From positions 1-52,480 of IMG/VR virus record IMGVR_UViG_3300023170_002258: DNA of 52,480 nucleotides; one strand, 5' to 3'. Below the pieces are notes generated by a model. That model was not told the origin of the DNA. It made no database searches and saw nothing but the letters and a program-made list of their open reading frames with translations. Source of the DNA: a virus (taxonomy: Duplodnaviria > Caudoviricetes). Below are positions 1 through 7,674 of this stretch, piece by piece; position 1 is the stretch's first letter, and the number at the start of each line of letters is the position of its first letter. Both the position numbers and the translations under genes were made by a program.

Positions 1-113
1 ATTTCAAAATTTTCATCAGCAGTTTCTTCATGATAGCTGATTTGTATTACATCCAACAATGTATTCTCCAATGATTCTTTATTATATTTTATTTTTTTAA
101 AAAAGTCAAACAT
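1..113 (-). CDS. 5' part of a putative GT-A-like glycosyltransferase, paralog of 23830..24813 (truncated by window edge)
   Basis: Not in the ORF track. My translation from ATG at 113: MFDFFKKIKYNKESLENTLLDVIQISYHEETADENFE...; LDVIQISYHEETADENF aligns with FDIVYISYDEPNADENY of the 23830 protein. Confidence 0.7.
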   Translation of the reverse strand, partial: MFDFFKKIKYNKESLENTLLDVIQISYHEETADENFE

Positions 114-119
114 AAATTT

Positions 120-236
120 TTACTCATATATAAAAGGATCTTGCTTTCGCAGTTCTTCTAATCTTTTTTTCAATCGTTTGCGTTCTTGATAACGAGTGTA
201 GGGAGATATTATCCATCTCCAGATTCTGGTAAACAT
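120..236 (-). CDS. Small basic 38-aa protein downstream of the carbamoyltransferase (ends ...LEELRKQDPFIYE)
   Basis: Below the ORF-track cutoff. Translation MFTRIWRWIISPYTRYQERKRLKKRLEELRKQDPFIYE*. It fills the gap between the carbamoyltransferase (overlapping its 3' end) and the next ATG at 113. Confidence 0.75.
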   Translation of the reverse strand: MFTRIWRWIISPYTRYQERKRLKKRLEELRKQDPFIYE

Positions 237-1702
237 ATTTTAACTCCGTATTTTTCTTTCCATCGAGTTGCATCTTCTCTAGTATTAACTAAAGGTTCGC
301 CTTTAATGTTCAGACTAGTATTTAACAGCACAGGGCAGCCTGTTTCTTCATACCATCGTTCTAGCAGTTTTCTAAAGCCCATGCTTTGATCAATAGGAAC
401 TGTCTGAACCCTAGAGCTGCCGTCCCTGTGTACAATAGCTGGTAATCCAGAATTTGTGCAAGTCGACGTGTATTGCATAAAAGGTCCAGTTCTTCCTTTG
501 AAATAATCTTTGGCATACTCGGCGAGGATCGCTGGAGCAAAGGGTCTGAAAAGCTCTCTGTGTTTGATGTCGTTGACTCTGTCTTTGATCTCTGGTCTTC
601 TTGGGTCTGCGAGTAAACTCCTGTTACCAAGAGCACGAGGACCAAACTCAGCACGACCAGCGGCAACACCCACAATACCCGTTGTAAGTAATTCTTGTAA
701 TAGTTGCTCAACTGGATAGTCTCCTTCTATATTGTGTCCTGTATAAGCATTTGGAAACTCCATAAATTCTCGTTTATGAGCAAGCACACATCCTATTGCA
801 CTACCTGCATCTCCAGGATTTGGCATTATCCATACCTCTTTAAAGTACTTATATGCGATACTGTTAGCAACACAATTAAGTGCACATCCTCCCATTAATA
901 CTAGGTTTTTACTGTCTACTAGTTCTGCAGTTGCTTTTACAAACTGTTCAAATATTTCTTCATATATACGTTGGGTGGCTGCAGCAATGTCAGCATAGTC
1001 TTGTATAGTATTCAAATCAGTACGCCAATCTGTACATCCTCTGTGACAGTTACGTTTGAATAATACACGTGGATCTTTTGCACTAGGCATTTTTTCGATA
1101 AAGTCTTGTTTAACGAGATCATAATACTTATCTGCATCACCTATTGCAGCCATGCCCATGAGGATGTATTCGTGTTCTTGTGGCTTTAGTCCAATACGTT
1201 GTGTCATAGCACTATACCATATACCCACACTGTGTGGATAACGCTGACTCCAACGCTTACGTAGTTTAGTACCTTTACCTTCCCATATACTAACTGTATC
1301 CCATTCACCTATACTATCAAGTACAAGTACTGCAGCATGTGCACGATCGAAAGGATTAGTATAGTATCCAGCGGCAGCATGACTTAAATGATGACTAGTT
1401 GTAGTACAACGAGGTGCATCTTTAAGGTATTTGCGCATATATGTAGTAGGAGATTCTTTACCAAGTAACGTGTATTGTCCTGCGTATAGTTGTCTTGTCT
1501 TTTTAAGCCAAGGTTTTTCGTAAAAGTAAATACGATCCGGCTTACCGTATTCGAGTGCTTCTGTAATCAAGTCTGGGTGTAAGTTTCGATCGTTTTTAAT
1601 ACGACTGTAGCGTTCGCTGTGTGCAGCAAATTCTAGTCCGTTATCGTTAAAAACTGCAAGGCTGGCATCATGTGCCATTCCTGTCCAGCCCCAAGTAATC
1701 AT
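209..1702 (-). CDS. O-carbamoyltransferase, CmcH/NodU/TobZ family
   Basis: Family motifs HDASLA, SERYSRIK, HHLSHAAAG, LDSIGE, GGCALN, PGDAGSAIG, EFGPRALGNRS, RPFAP, LNTSLN. Confidence 0.95.
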   Translation of the reverse strand: MITWGWTGMAHDASLAVFNDNGLEFAAHSERYSRIKNDRNLHPDLITEALEYGKPDRIYFYEKPWLKKTRQLYAGQYTLLGKESPTTYMRKYLKDAPRCTTTSHHLSHAAAGYYTNPFDRAHAAVLVLDSIGEWDTVSIWEGKGTKLRKRWSQRYPHSVGIWYSAMTQRIGLKPQEHEYILMGMAAIGDADKYYDLVKQDFIEKMPSAKDPRVLFKRNCHRGCTDWRTDLNTIQDYADIAAATQRIYEEIFEQFVKATAELVDSKNLVLMGGCALNCVANSIAYKYFKEVWIMPNPGDAGSAIGCVLAHKREFMEFPNAYTGHNIEGDYPVEQLLQELLTTGIVGVAAGRAEFGPRALGNRSLLADPRRPEIKDRVNDIKHRELFRPFAPAILAEYAKDYFKGRTGPFMQYTSTCTNSGLPAIVHRDGSSRVQTVPIDQSMGFRKLLERWYEETGCPVLLNTSLNIKGEPLVNTREDATRWKEKYGVKICLPESGDG

Positions 1703-2127
1703 TTTTTATCCCCGCATATTCCATATATGCCTGTTGTGTCTTCTGGTAAAGGTATATCTTCTAAGTCTAACCAAACTGCTCGTTTGTGACGAGGAAAGTT
1801 GCCCGGGTAACACCATATGTGTCCATCGTTAGTTAGTGTAACTGTATCCGTGTCGTGCCAAAAGCAACGAGTACGCATGTCTAATAGCATTTGTAGTGCG
1901 TCTAAATCTTTTGCATGGCACCATACACCCGGCTGTTGTAAAAAATTTGTATTGGCAACTTGCAGTGGCTCATCATGTCCTAAGTATAGTATTCCACGAT
2001 GTGCACGTACATCTAATTCAACGTCATACCCTTTGTCATAGTATGCAAATTCTACATAGTCTTTAGTGTTCTCCCATGCAGATTGTACACCGTTGTAATT
2101 TCCTCTATGTGCTATGAATTTAACCAT
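1699..2127 (-). CDS. Small glycerophosphodiester phosphodiesterase-like (GDPD/PLC-like) protein
   Basis: IAHRGN...EN, GYDVELDV, LYLGHD, WCHAK motifs; overlaps the adjacent nucleotidyltransferase. Confidence 0.75.
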   Translation of the reverse strand: MVKFIAHRGNYNGVQSAWENTKDYVEFAYYDKGYDVELDVRAHRGILYLGHDEPLQVANTNFLQQPGVWCHAKDLDALQMLLDMRTRCFWHDTDTVTLTNDGHIWCYPGNFPRHKRAVWLDLEDIPLPEDTTGIYGICGDKK

Positions 2128-2807
2128 AACTCTAAATCCTCTGGTGTTCCGACTCCATACATCCGATCAATGGGAACTCTTACAACACGCCCTCCAACAG
2201 CAATAGTTTGGTTGTATGTTGGCGCAAGATAAAACTCGCCGTTTACACGTTCGTTGTTTGCAATCATTCTGTTAGCACTGTTCTTAAATGTGATCCAATG
2301 ACTCCAGTAATAGTGTCCGCTTGTACCATATGTACTAATAGGATTTTTTTCTGCTACTTCTACAACTACGTCATTTTCTGTTCTAGCATAACTCCACTTA
2401 GGATCACGCTCTGGACAATCAAAGGTCATAATAACTCCATCGTTGTCCATTTGCTCTGAAAACAAACTACTATCCCAATCAATAAACTGATCACAGTTTG
2501 TAACAAACATAGCATCTTCCGGGTTCATGTAAGGGTCTGCAGTAAGTACACTACATGCTGCACCTTCTGTTAGTGCATCAAGTTCAACAACATGTGCACG
2601 TGGATAATAGTCACGTATTCCATCTGCTATGTCATGTTCTTTACGAGTAATAAAGATATGATTGTCAAACTCTAAGTCGACACTTTCTACTGCTCGAACA
2701 AACATAGGTTTCCCACGTACATCTATTAGAGGCTTCGGAGTTGTATATCCTTGTTCACGAAAGCGACTGCCTTCGCCTGCCATCGGCATAATTAAATTAA
2801 AATTCAT
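2112..2807 (-). CDS. Sugar-phosphate nucleotidyltransferase (NTP_transferase/GT-A fold, capsule-locus type)
   Basis: MPMAGEGSRF..GY..PKPLIDV, TEGAA, NCDQ, VAEKNPIS, NGEFYLAP, GTPEDL. Confidence 0.88.
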   Translation of the reverse strand: MNFNLIMPMAGEGSRFREQGYTTPKPLIDVRGKPMFVRAVESVDLEFDNHIFITRKEHDIADGIRDYYPRAHVVELDALTEGAACSVLTADPYMNPEDAMFVTNCDQFIDWDSSLFSEQMDNDGVIMTFDCPERDPKWSYARTENDVVVEVAEKNPISTYGTSGHYYWSHWITFKNSANRMIANNERVNGEFYLAPTYNQTIAVGGRVVRVPIDRMYGVGTPEDLELWLNS

Positions 2808-2840
2808 GATTTTCTCTATAGTTAGTTAAGTACTATGTTA

Positions 2841-2854
2841 ATAAATATATTTAT
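2841..2854. promoter_or_regulatory. Palindromic ATAAATATATTTAT: putative bidirectional T4-late-like promoter for the divergent genes at 2807(-) and 2853(+)
   Basis: Perfect 14-bp palindrome giving ATAAATA on each strand, at the only divergent gene junction in the window. Confidence 0.6.
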
Positions 2855-3233
2855 GCAACACAGAATTAAGAAACTTAATCCCGAAATAAATCCCATTACT
2901 TTTAAAGATGGTAGAGGTATTATTCAAACGTATTACCCGGAACAATATAATATTGTTGAATGGAATTATATTGTAACACTTAAAGGTGCTGTTCGTGGAC
3001 ATCACTATCACAAAGAGTTTGATGAATATATTATGTTTGTCGAAGGAGAAGGTGTATATACCGAATTGACAGACGGCGAAGAATTAGTAACACCAGTCGG
3101 CGCAGGTGATTGCATTTATTTGCCGTTGGGTGTACCACATACATTTTATCCAACTGCTGACTGCAAAATGATAGCAATGATAACTAAACGATGGAATGAT
3201 TGTGATGAACCAATAACAAAGGTAAAAATTTAA
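2853..3233 (+). CDS. Cupin (RmlC/WxcM-like sugar epimerase/isomerase)
   Basis: FKDGRG, GAVRGHHYH..FDEY, GD.IYLP.GVPH cupin motifs. The track start is 2835; I prefer ATG 2853 because it lies 5 nt after the ATAAATA box. Confidence 0.8.
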   Translation: MQHRIKKLNPEINPITFKDGRGIIQTYYPEQYNIVEWNYIVTLKGAVRGHHYHKEFDEYIMFVEGEGVYTELTDGEELVTPVGAGDCIYLPLGVPHTFYPTADCKMIAMITKRWNDCDEPITKVKI

Positions 3234-3766
3234 TGCAAGAGCCATATGCAATTGTCGTCATTGACGTTTGGGATACAAATAATTTAGTAAACAAGAACTT
3301 AATAAGTATGTATGAACAGATGACTCAACGTATCTGTAAGTTAATTCAATCTTTGCCAAATAAACATCAAAATCGTGTTTTAGTTAGTAAGTATAACTTA
3401 GAAACTTATCATATTCATCGTAATTTAGAAAGTGTAATTTATGATTATGGCAAGAAAAAGTATTATGATTATTGCTTATATACCGATGATCAGGACGAAG
3501 CCATTAAATGGCTCAATGATAATAAGATTAAAAAATTATACTATACTGGATCGAGTATGCCCGGTTGTGTTACTGATAGACCACTGGGTCTGAAAAATAT
3601 GCCAGACAGTTTTGATAAAGCTGTGGTATTAGATGCAGTGTCATTGACTACTGCTTTCGACCACCATAGCGAGTGGGCAGTGTTACACCATATGTATCAA
3701 ATGTCTGCAGCATTGTCAAAAGAATACGGCTGGGAATTAACATGGACAAATCAAATATTAAAATAA
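3233..3766 (+). CDS. Isochorismatase-like (cysteine hydrolase) family protein
   Basis: N-terminal AIVVIDVW and LYYTG....GCV.DRPLG followed by VVLDA, the family layout with catalytic Asp and Cys; the catalytic Lys is not obvious. Confidence 0.6.
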   Translation: MQEPYAIVVIDVWDTNNLVNKNLISMYEQMTQRICKLIQSLPNKHQNRVLVSKYNLETYHIHRNLESVIYDYGKKKYYDYCLYTDDQDEAIKWLNDNKIKKLYYTGSSMPGCVTDRPLGLKNMPDSFDKAVVLDAVSLTTAFDHHSEWAVLHHMYQMSAALSKEYGWELTWTNQILK

Positions 3767-3778
3767 GGATAATATAAA

Positions 3779-4675
3779 ATGCGAATAGCAATTACCGGAG
3801 GTGCCGGCTATATAGGCTGCAGACTTAGTGAATATTTTCTACAACAAGGACACACAGTTGACTGCATCGATTGGCTTAAATGGGGTGTAGAGCCTGTACT
3901 AAACATTGTAGATCATCCTCGTTTCCATTTGCACAAAATAGATATTTGTACACCAGAAGTTGAACCTTTACTAGCACAAGCTGATGCTGTAGTACACTTA
4001 GCAGGTATCATTGGTTTTCCTGCATGTAATGCCGAGCCTGATCTTGCTTACAGAATTAATGTAGAAGGTACTAAAAGAGTCGTAGATGCAAGTGCAGATA
4101 AACCTTTTGTGTATGCAAGTACTGGAAGCGTATACGGTGCATTAGATAGCATATGTACAGAAGAAGCTCCAACTAATCCTATTAGTACGTACAGTGTATA
4201 TAAAATTGTAGGAGAAGAATATTTACAAGGTTCAGATGCTGTGATACTTAGACCTGCTACTGCATTTGGTGTTAGTAATAGATTGCGTAATGATTTATTA
4301 ATCAATGACTTTGTGCGCAAGGCATGTATGAATGAGCACATGACACTATTTGAAGGACATTTCAAACGAACTTTTATCAGTGTAAATGATCTTGTACGCA
4401 GTTTTGCGTGGGGTGTCGAAAAATACGACGACATGAAAGGACAAGTCTGGAATGTAGGTGATGAAACACTAAATCATACTAAACTAGAAATATGCGAAAC
4501 GATTAAAAAACACATACCTACATGGACATATGATGTAAACAATACACTAGCTCATGACCAAGACGGCAGAAATTATTTTGTTGATTATACTAAAATACGT
4601 AAACTAGGATTTACTGCAAATGAAACATTAGATCAAGGAATACAAAACTTAATTAAAGTTTATCGTACCATCTAG
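3779..4675 (+). CDS. NAD-dependent nucleotide-sugar epimerase/dehydratase (extended SDR)
   Basis: TGGAGYIG, VVHLAG, ASTGSVYG, YSVYK (YxxxK), LRPATAFG; AAGGA ribosome-binding site upstream. Confidence 0.92.
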   Translation: MRIAITGGAGYIGCRLSEYFLQQGHTVDCIDWLKWGVEPVLNIVDHPRFHLHKIDICTPEVEPLLAQADAVVHLAGIIGFPACNAEPDLAYRINVEGTKRVVDASADKPFVYASTGSVYGALDSICTEEAPTNPISTYSVYKIVGEEYLQGSDAVILRPATAFGVSNRLRNDLLINDFVRKACMNEHMTLFEGHFKRTFISVNDLVRSFAWGVEKYDDMKGQVWNVGDETLNHTKLEICETIKKHIPTWTYDVNNTLAHDQDGRNYFVDYTKIRKLGFTANETLDQGIQNLIKVYRTI

Positions 4676-6797
4676 TATGATGATCGTCAACAACATTTGT
4701 GTGATTTCGCAATAATAACGTTGACATATCTCCCCAGATTTGTTCAGATTCTGATGAAAATTTCATTGAATAATTATTGTCTAAGAAAAAATCAGATACA
4801 GACACTTCCGGCTTAGTATTAAAATGTTCGATATCTGTTGAGATCAAATGTTTTCCGACAAGAGGCGACAAATTACGAGCCAAATGATAATTAGAAATTT
4901 CTTTAGCAAATAAAATAAATCCGTTTTTGTCAAAAAAGTGCGAGTAATCAGGTGAAAATATTTTTCCTTTTATTACCGATCGTGTTATGTTTGAAAACAT
5001 TAGTACAATCGGCGACAAATCCAATTTGACATTTTCAAAATTAAACACTTGATATTTTTTTCCAACTACATTTTCGTCGAATCCTACAAAATTAGTAGTT
5101 GTAGGTCCTAAAAAATTCCATAACGATCCAGTAGCTATACGACCATTGGATGAAATTATTACGTCAGGTCGTGTCCTGAATACATATGAGTTTTCACTTA
5201 AATTATCAAAATAATCTTTAAAAGAATAGTATATTTCATGCGCATGACAAAACGGATTCATCCATTGTAAACTATCAGGTGTAGCAAAATGCTCTATATT
5301 ATTTTGTTTAAAATATTTTTTATGATTTTCTAATTCATAGTATGGATCTATATAAGCAAAGTTTACACTGTCTGCAAAATCGAATACAGTTGTCATATAT
5401 TTTTCAAATTTTTCTTTTTGTAAAACACGAAGAGGTGTTAGTGTAGTATCTGTATTTTGTTTTACTATATCAGTTTTTATAGTTGTCGTATCCGTTACAT
5501 CATAATGATTTGTCCCAATAAAAATGTCAATGGGAACATCATGTTCTTCTTTAGTTTTTTTTATTATATCAACGAAACATTGTTCCCATTCCGCTGTGCC
5601 TACGTATCTCGGCTGCCCTGTAATTACAACTGCTATTCTTTCTACTTCTTTATAAAGAGAATCGTAGTATTTTTTAAATGTTGTTTTTCTATGCTTTTCG
5701 GCATAATAATCTTCAATTACTCCGACAATCTTAATCATATCATTGTCGTCTAGATTAGACTGTCCGGGAAGTTGTATGCCTCTTTCGTAAACATAGTTTG
5801 TATTTGGAGTATCTGTTTTCCATGCACTATGAAAAGGCTGGCTACTTAAACTTTGATAAACACTTCTGTTACCTATATCAAATTCCGATAGTTTTTTCAT
5901 AAGCGGATACTTGTCGGCTGGATCTTTTACTAAAATGTCCGGATACGTTACTGTTGTGAATCTATCGTTAGTTTCAGGAATCATAATGTCTCCACGAATT
6001 ACTAAAGGCATTAAACCATGTCTATATTGATTATAAATTCCTTTTTTTCTTTTTACAATGTCAGGAAATTTTTTCATTTGCTCTACACCAAACGCTGCTT
6101 GTAAATCTGTAAATTTAAAATTCATTCCCATTACATTATAAGTTTCGCCGGTTACTCCTACACTTCTGCCAAAGTTTTTTATTGCAAAAATACGATCAGA
6201 AAGTTCTTTACTATTAGTTACAATACAGCCGCCTTGTCCTGTAGTAATTATCTTAGGTGCTCCAAAACTGAATACACCCAAATCTCCCATTGTTCCGCAG
6301 TGCTTATGAGTAATAGACCAACTACCTAATGCTTGTGCAGCATCTTCAATAACAAAGTGTCCTTTATCCTTTAGTTTTTTTATTTTATCTTCAATATCCG
6401 GAGGATACCTGCCGTTAATACTACTAATAAACACAACTCTACAATCTTTAGGTATGTTATTAAAATCGATAGTATGATAAACTGGATCAATGTCGACGAA
6501 TACCGGCTTGGCACCCATTAGTATTGCACCATTAACTGTTGCTGCTTGTGTATATGCACTAGCACAAAAAACTTCATCTGGCTTAATATCTGCTACCATA
6601 GATGCAAGTAATAGTCCCGCAGTAGCACTAGGTACCATATGTGCGTACTTTGCTTTTGTATAATCGCAAATCAACTTTTCTAATTCTCTAGTTTTTGTAT
6701 GCTCCATAATCCAACCTTCGCTGTTAATATAATTAACAACGCTTTCGATTTCTTCACTTCCGTATACAGGATTCATATGACTGTTAGGTGTTATCAT
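4653..6797 (-). CDS. DegT/DnrJ/EryC1/StrS PLP-dependent sugar aminotransferase fused to a C-terminal putative glycosyltransferase-like domain
   Basis: PSATAGL, IEDAAQALG, FSFGAPKIITTGQGG (PLP Lys), GMNFKFTDLQAAFG; an extra ~345 aa with IAVVITGQPR and FRTRPDV motifs. The track start is 6821; ATG 6797 (or 6776) is more likely. Confidence 0.88.
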   Translation of the reverse strand: MITPNSHMNPVYGSEEIESVVNYINSEGWIMEHTKTRELEKLICDYTKAKYAHMVPSATAGLLLASMVADIKPDEVFCASAYTQAATVNGAILMGAKPVFVDIDPVYHTIDFNNIPKDCRVVFISSINGRYPPDIEDKIKKLKDKGHFVIEDAAQALGSWSITHKHCGTMGDLGVFSFGAPKIITTGQGGCIVTNSKELSDRIFAIKNFGRSVGVTGETYNVMGMNFKFTDLQAAFGVEQMKKFPDIVKRKKGIYNQYRHGLMPLVIRGDIMIPETNDRFTTVTYPDILVKDPADKYPLMKKLSEFDIGNRSVYQSLSSQPFHSAWKTDTPNTNYVYERGIQLPGQSNLDDNDMIKIVGVIEDYYAEKHRKTTFKKYYDSLYKEVERIAVVITGQPRYVGTAEWEQCFVDIIKKTKEEHDVPIDIFIGTNHYDVTDTTTIKTDIVKQNTDTTLTPLRVLQKEKFEKYMTTVFDFADSVNFAYIDPYYELENHKKYFKQNNIEHFATPDSLQWMNPFCHAHEIYYSFKDYFDNLSENSYVFRTRPDVIISSNGRIATGSLWNFLGPTTTNFVGFDENVVGKKYQVFNFENVKLDLSPIVLMFSNITRSVIKGKIFSPDYSHFFDKNGFILFAKEISNYHLARNLSPLVGKHLISTDIEHFNTKPEVSVSDFFLDNNYSMKFSSESEQIWGDMSTLLLRNHTNVVDDHHTRWYDKL

Positions 6798-7674
6798 AAT
6801 ACCACTTATATGTTTTTTCAAATGCTTCTTCTAATGTAAATTCTTGCTGCCATCCAAGATTTTTAAGTTTAGAATTATCAATTGACCTATTTTTTATTCC
6901 TTCAGGTCTTTCTGTATTAAACCACATGTTACCGTTAAAGCCACTGACTGATAATAATGTTTCAGCTATTTCTCTAATAGTAACTTCTTTACCACTTGCA
7001 ACGTTTACATTATTATACTTATTATTATTTAAAATAAGGTCCATTGCATTTACTGCGTCTTCTATATACAATATGTCTCTGCTTTGATTTCCGCTTCCCC
7101 ATATTTCAATTTTTGTATGATTATGTTTAACAGCATCGACAAACTTTTGCATTAGTGCACCGATTACATGAGCATGTTCTCCTGTTCTGTCACCTGGGCC
7201 AAACATGTTAGTACATATTGCAGTGCGCCAATTTGTTTGTCGTTTATCGTTACTTGCCATACACTGATACATTCCTACTAGTTTCGGAAGAGCAGTAGTC
7301 ATATATCCTTCGTAAGGTTTTCCTGTAAGTAACTGTTCTTCTACAAACGGTTGCTCACCAAATTCAGGATAACTACACGTACTTCCTTGTAGCAATACTC
7401 TATTGATATTCAAGTTAGAACAAACTTCAAACAAATTATTTTGAATTTTTAAATTACGTAACATCAATTCGAAGCTTCGATCTAAATCTTCTTGTAATCC
7501 ACCAACGGTTGCTGCATTAATTATGACATGTGTAGGATTAGCATCAGTGATATGTTTTAATGTTTGTGCGTAATCTGTATAATCTACAGTACTTGTATTG
7601 CCGCCTGTTCCGGCAATTTTTTTTGCATAGTTTTTTCCGACAAGCCCTCTGTTTCCTGCATAGTAATACTTCAT
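6784..7674 (-). CDS. GDP-L-fucose synthase (Fcl/WcaG)-like epimerase/reductase with atypical active site
   Basis: AGNRGLVG, AATVGG, NLKIQNN, GSTCSYP, NMFGPGD, HVIGAL, IWGSG..SRD; YxxxK appears as TALPK. Confidence 0.85.
   Translation of the reverse strand: MKYYYAGNRGLVGKNYAKKIAGTGGNTSTVDYTDYAQTLKHITDANPTHVIINAATVGGLQEDLDRSFELMLRNLKIQNNLFEVCSNLNINRVLLQGSTCSYPEFGEQPFVEEQLLTGKPYEGYMTTALPKLVGMYQCMASNDKRQTNWRTAICTNMFGPGDRTGEHAHVIGALMQKFVDAVKHNHTKIEIWGSGNQSRDILYIEDAVNAMDLILNNNKYNNVNVASGKEVTIREIAETLLSVSGFNGNMWFNTERPEGIKNRSIDNSKLKNLGWQQEFTLEEAFEKTYKWYYDNT

Noticed and set aside
2835-2852. Longer N-terminus (ATG 2835) for the cupin
   Set aside because: It would place the ATAAATA box inside the CDS and has no ribosome-binding site; ATG 2853 matches the box-to-start spacing seen at the gp25-like gene.
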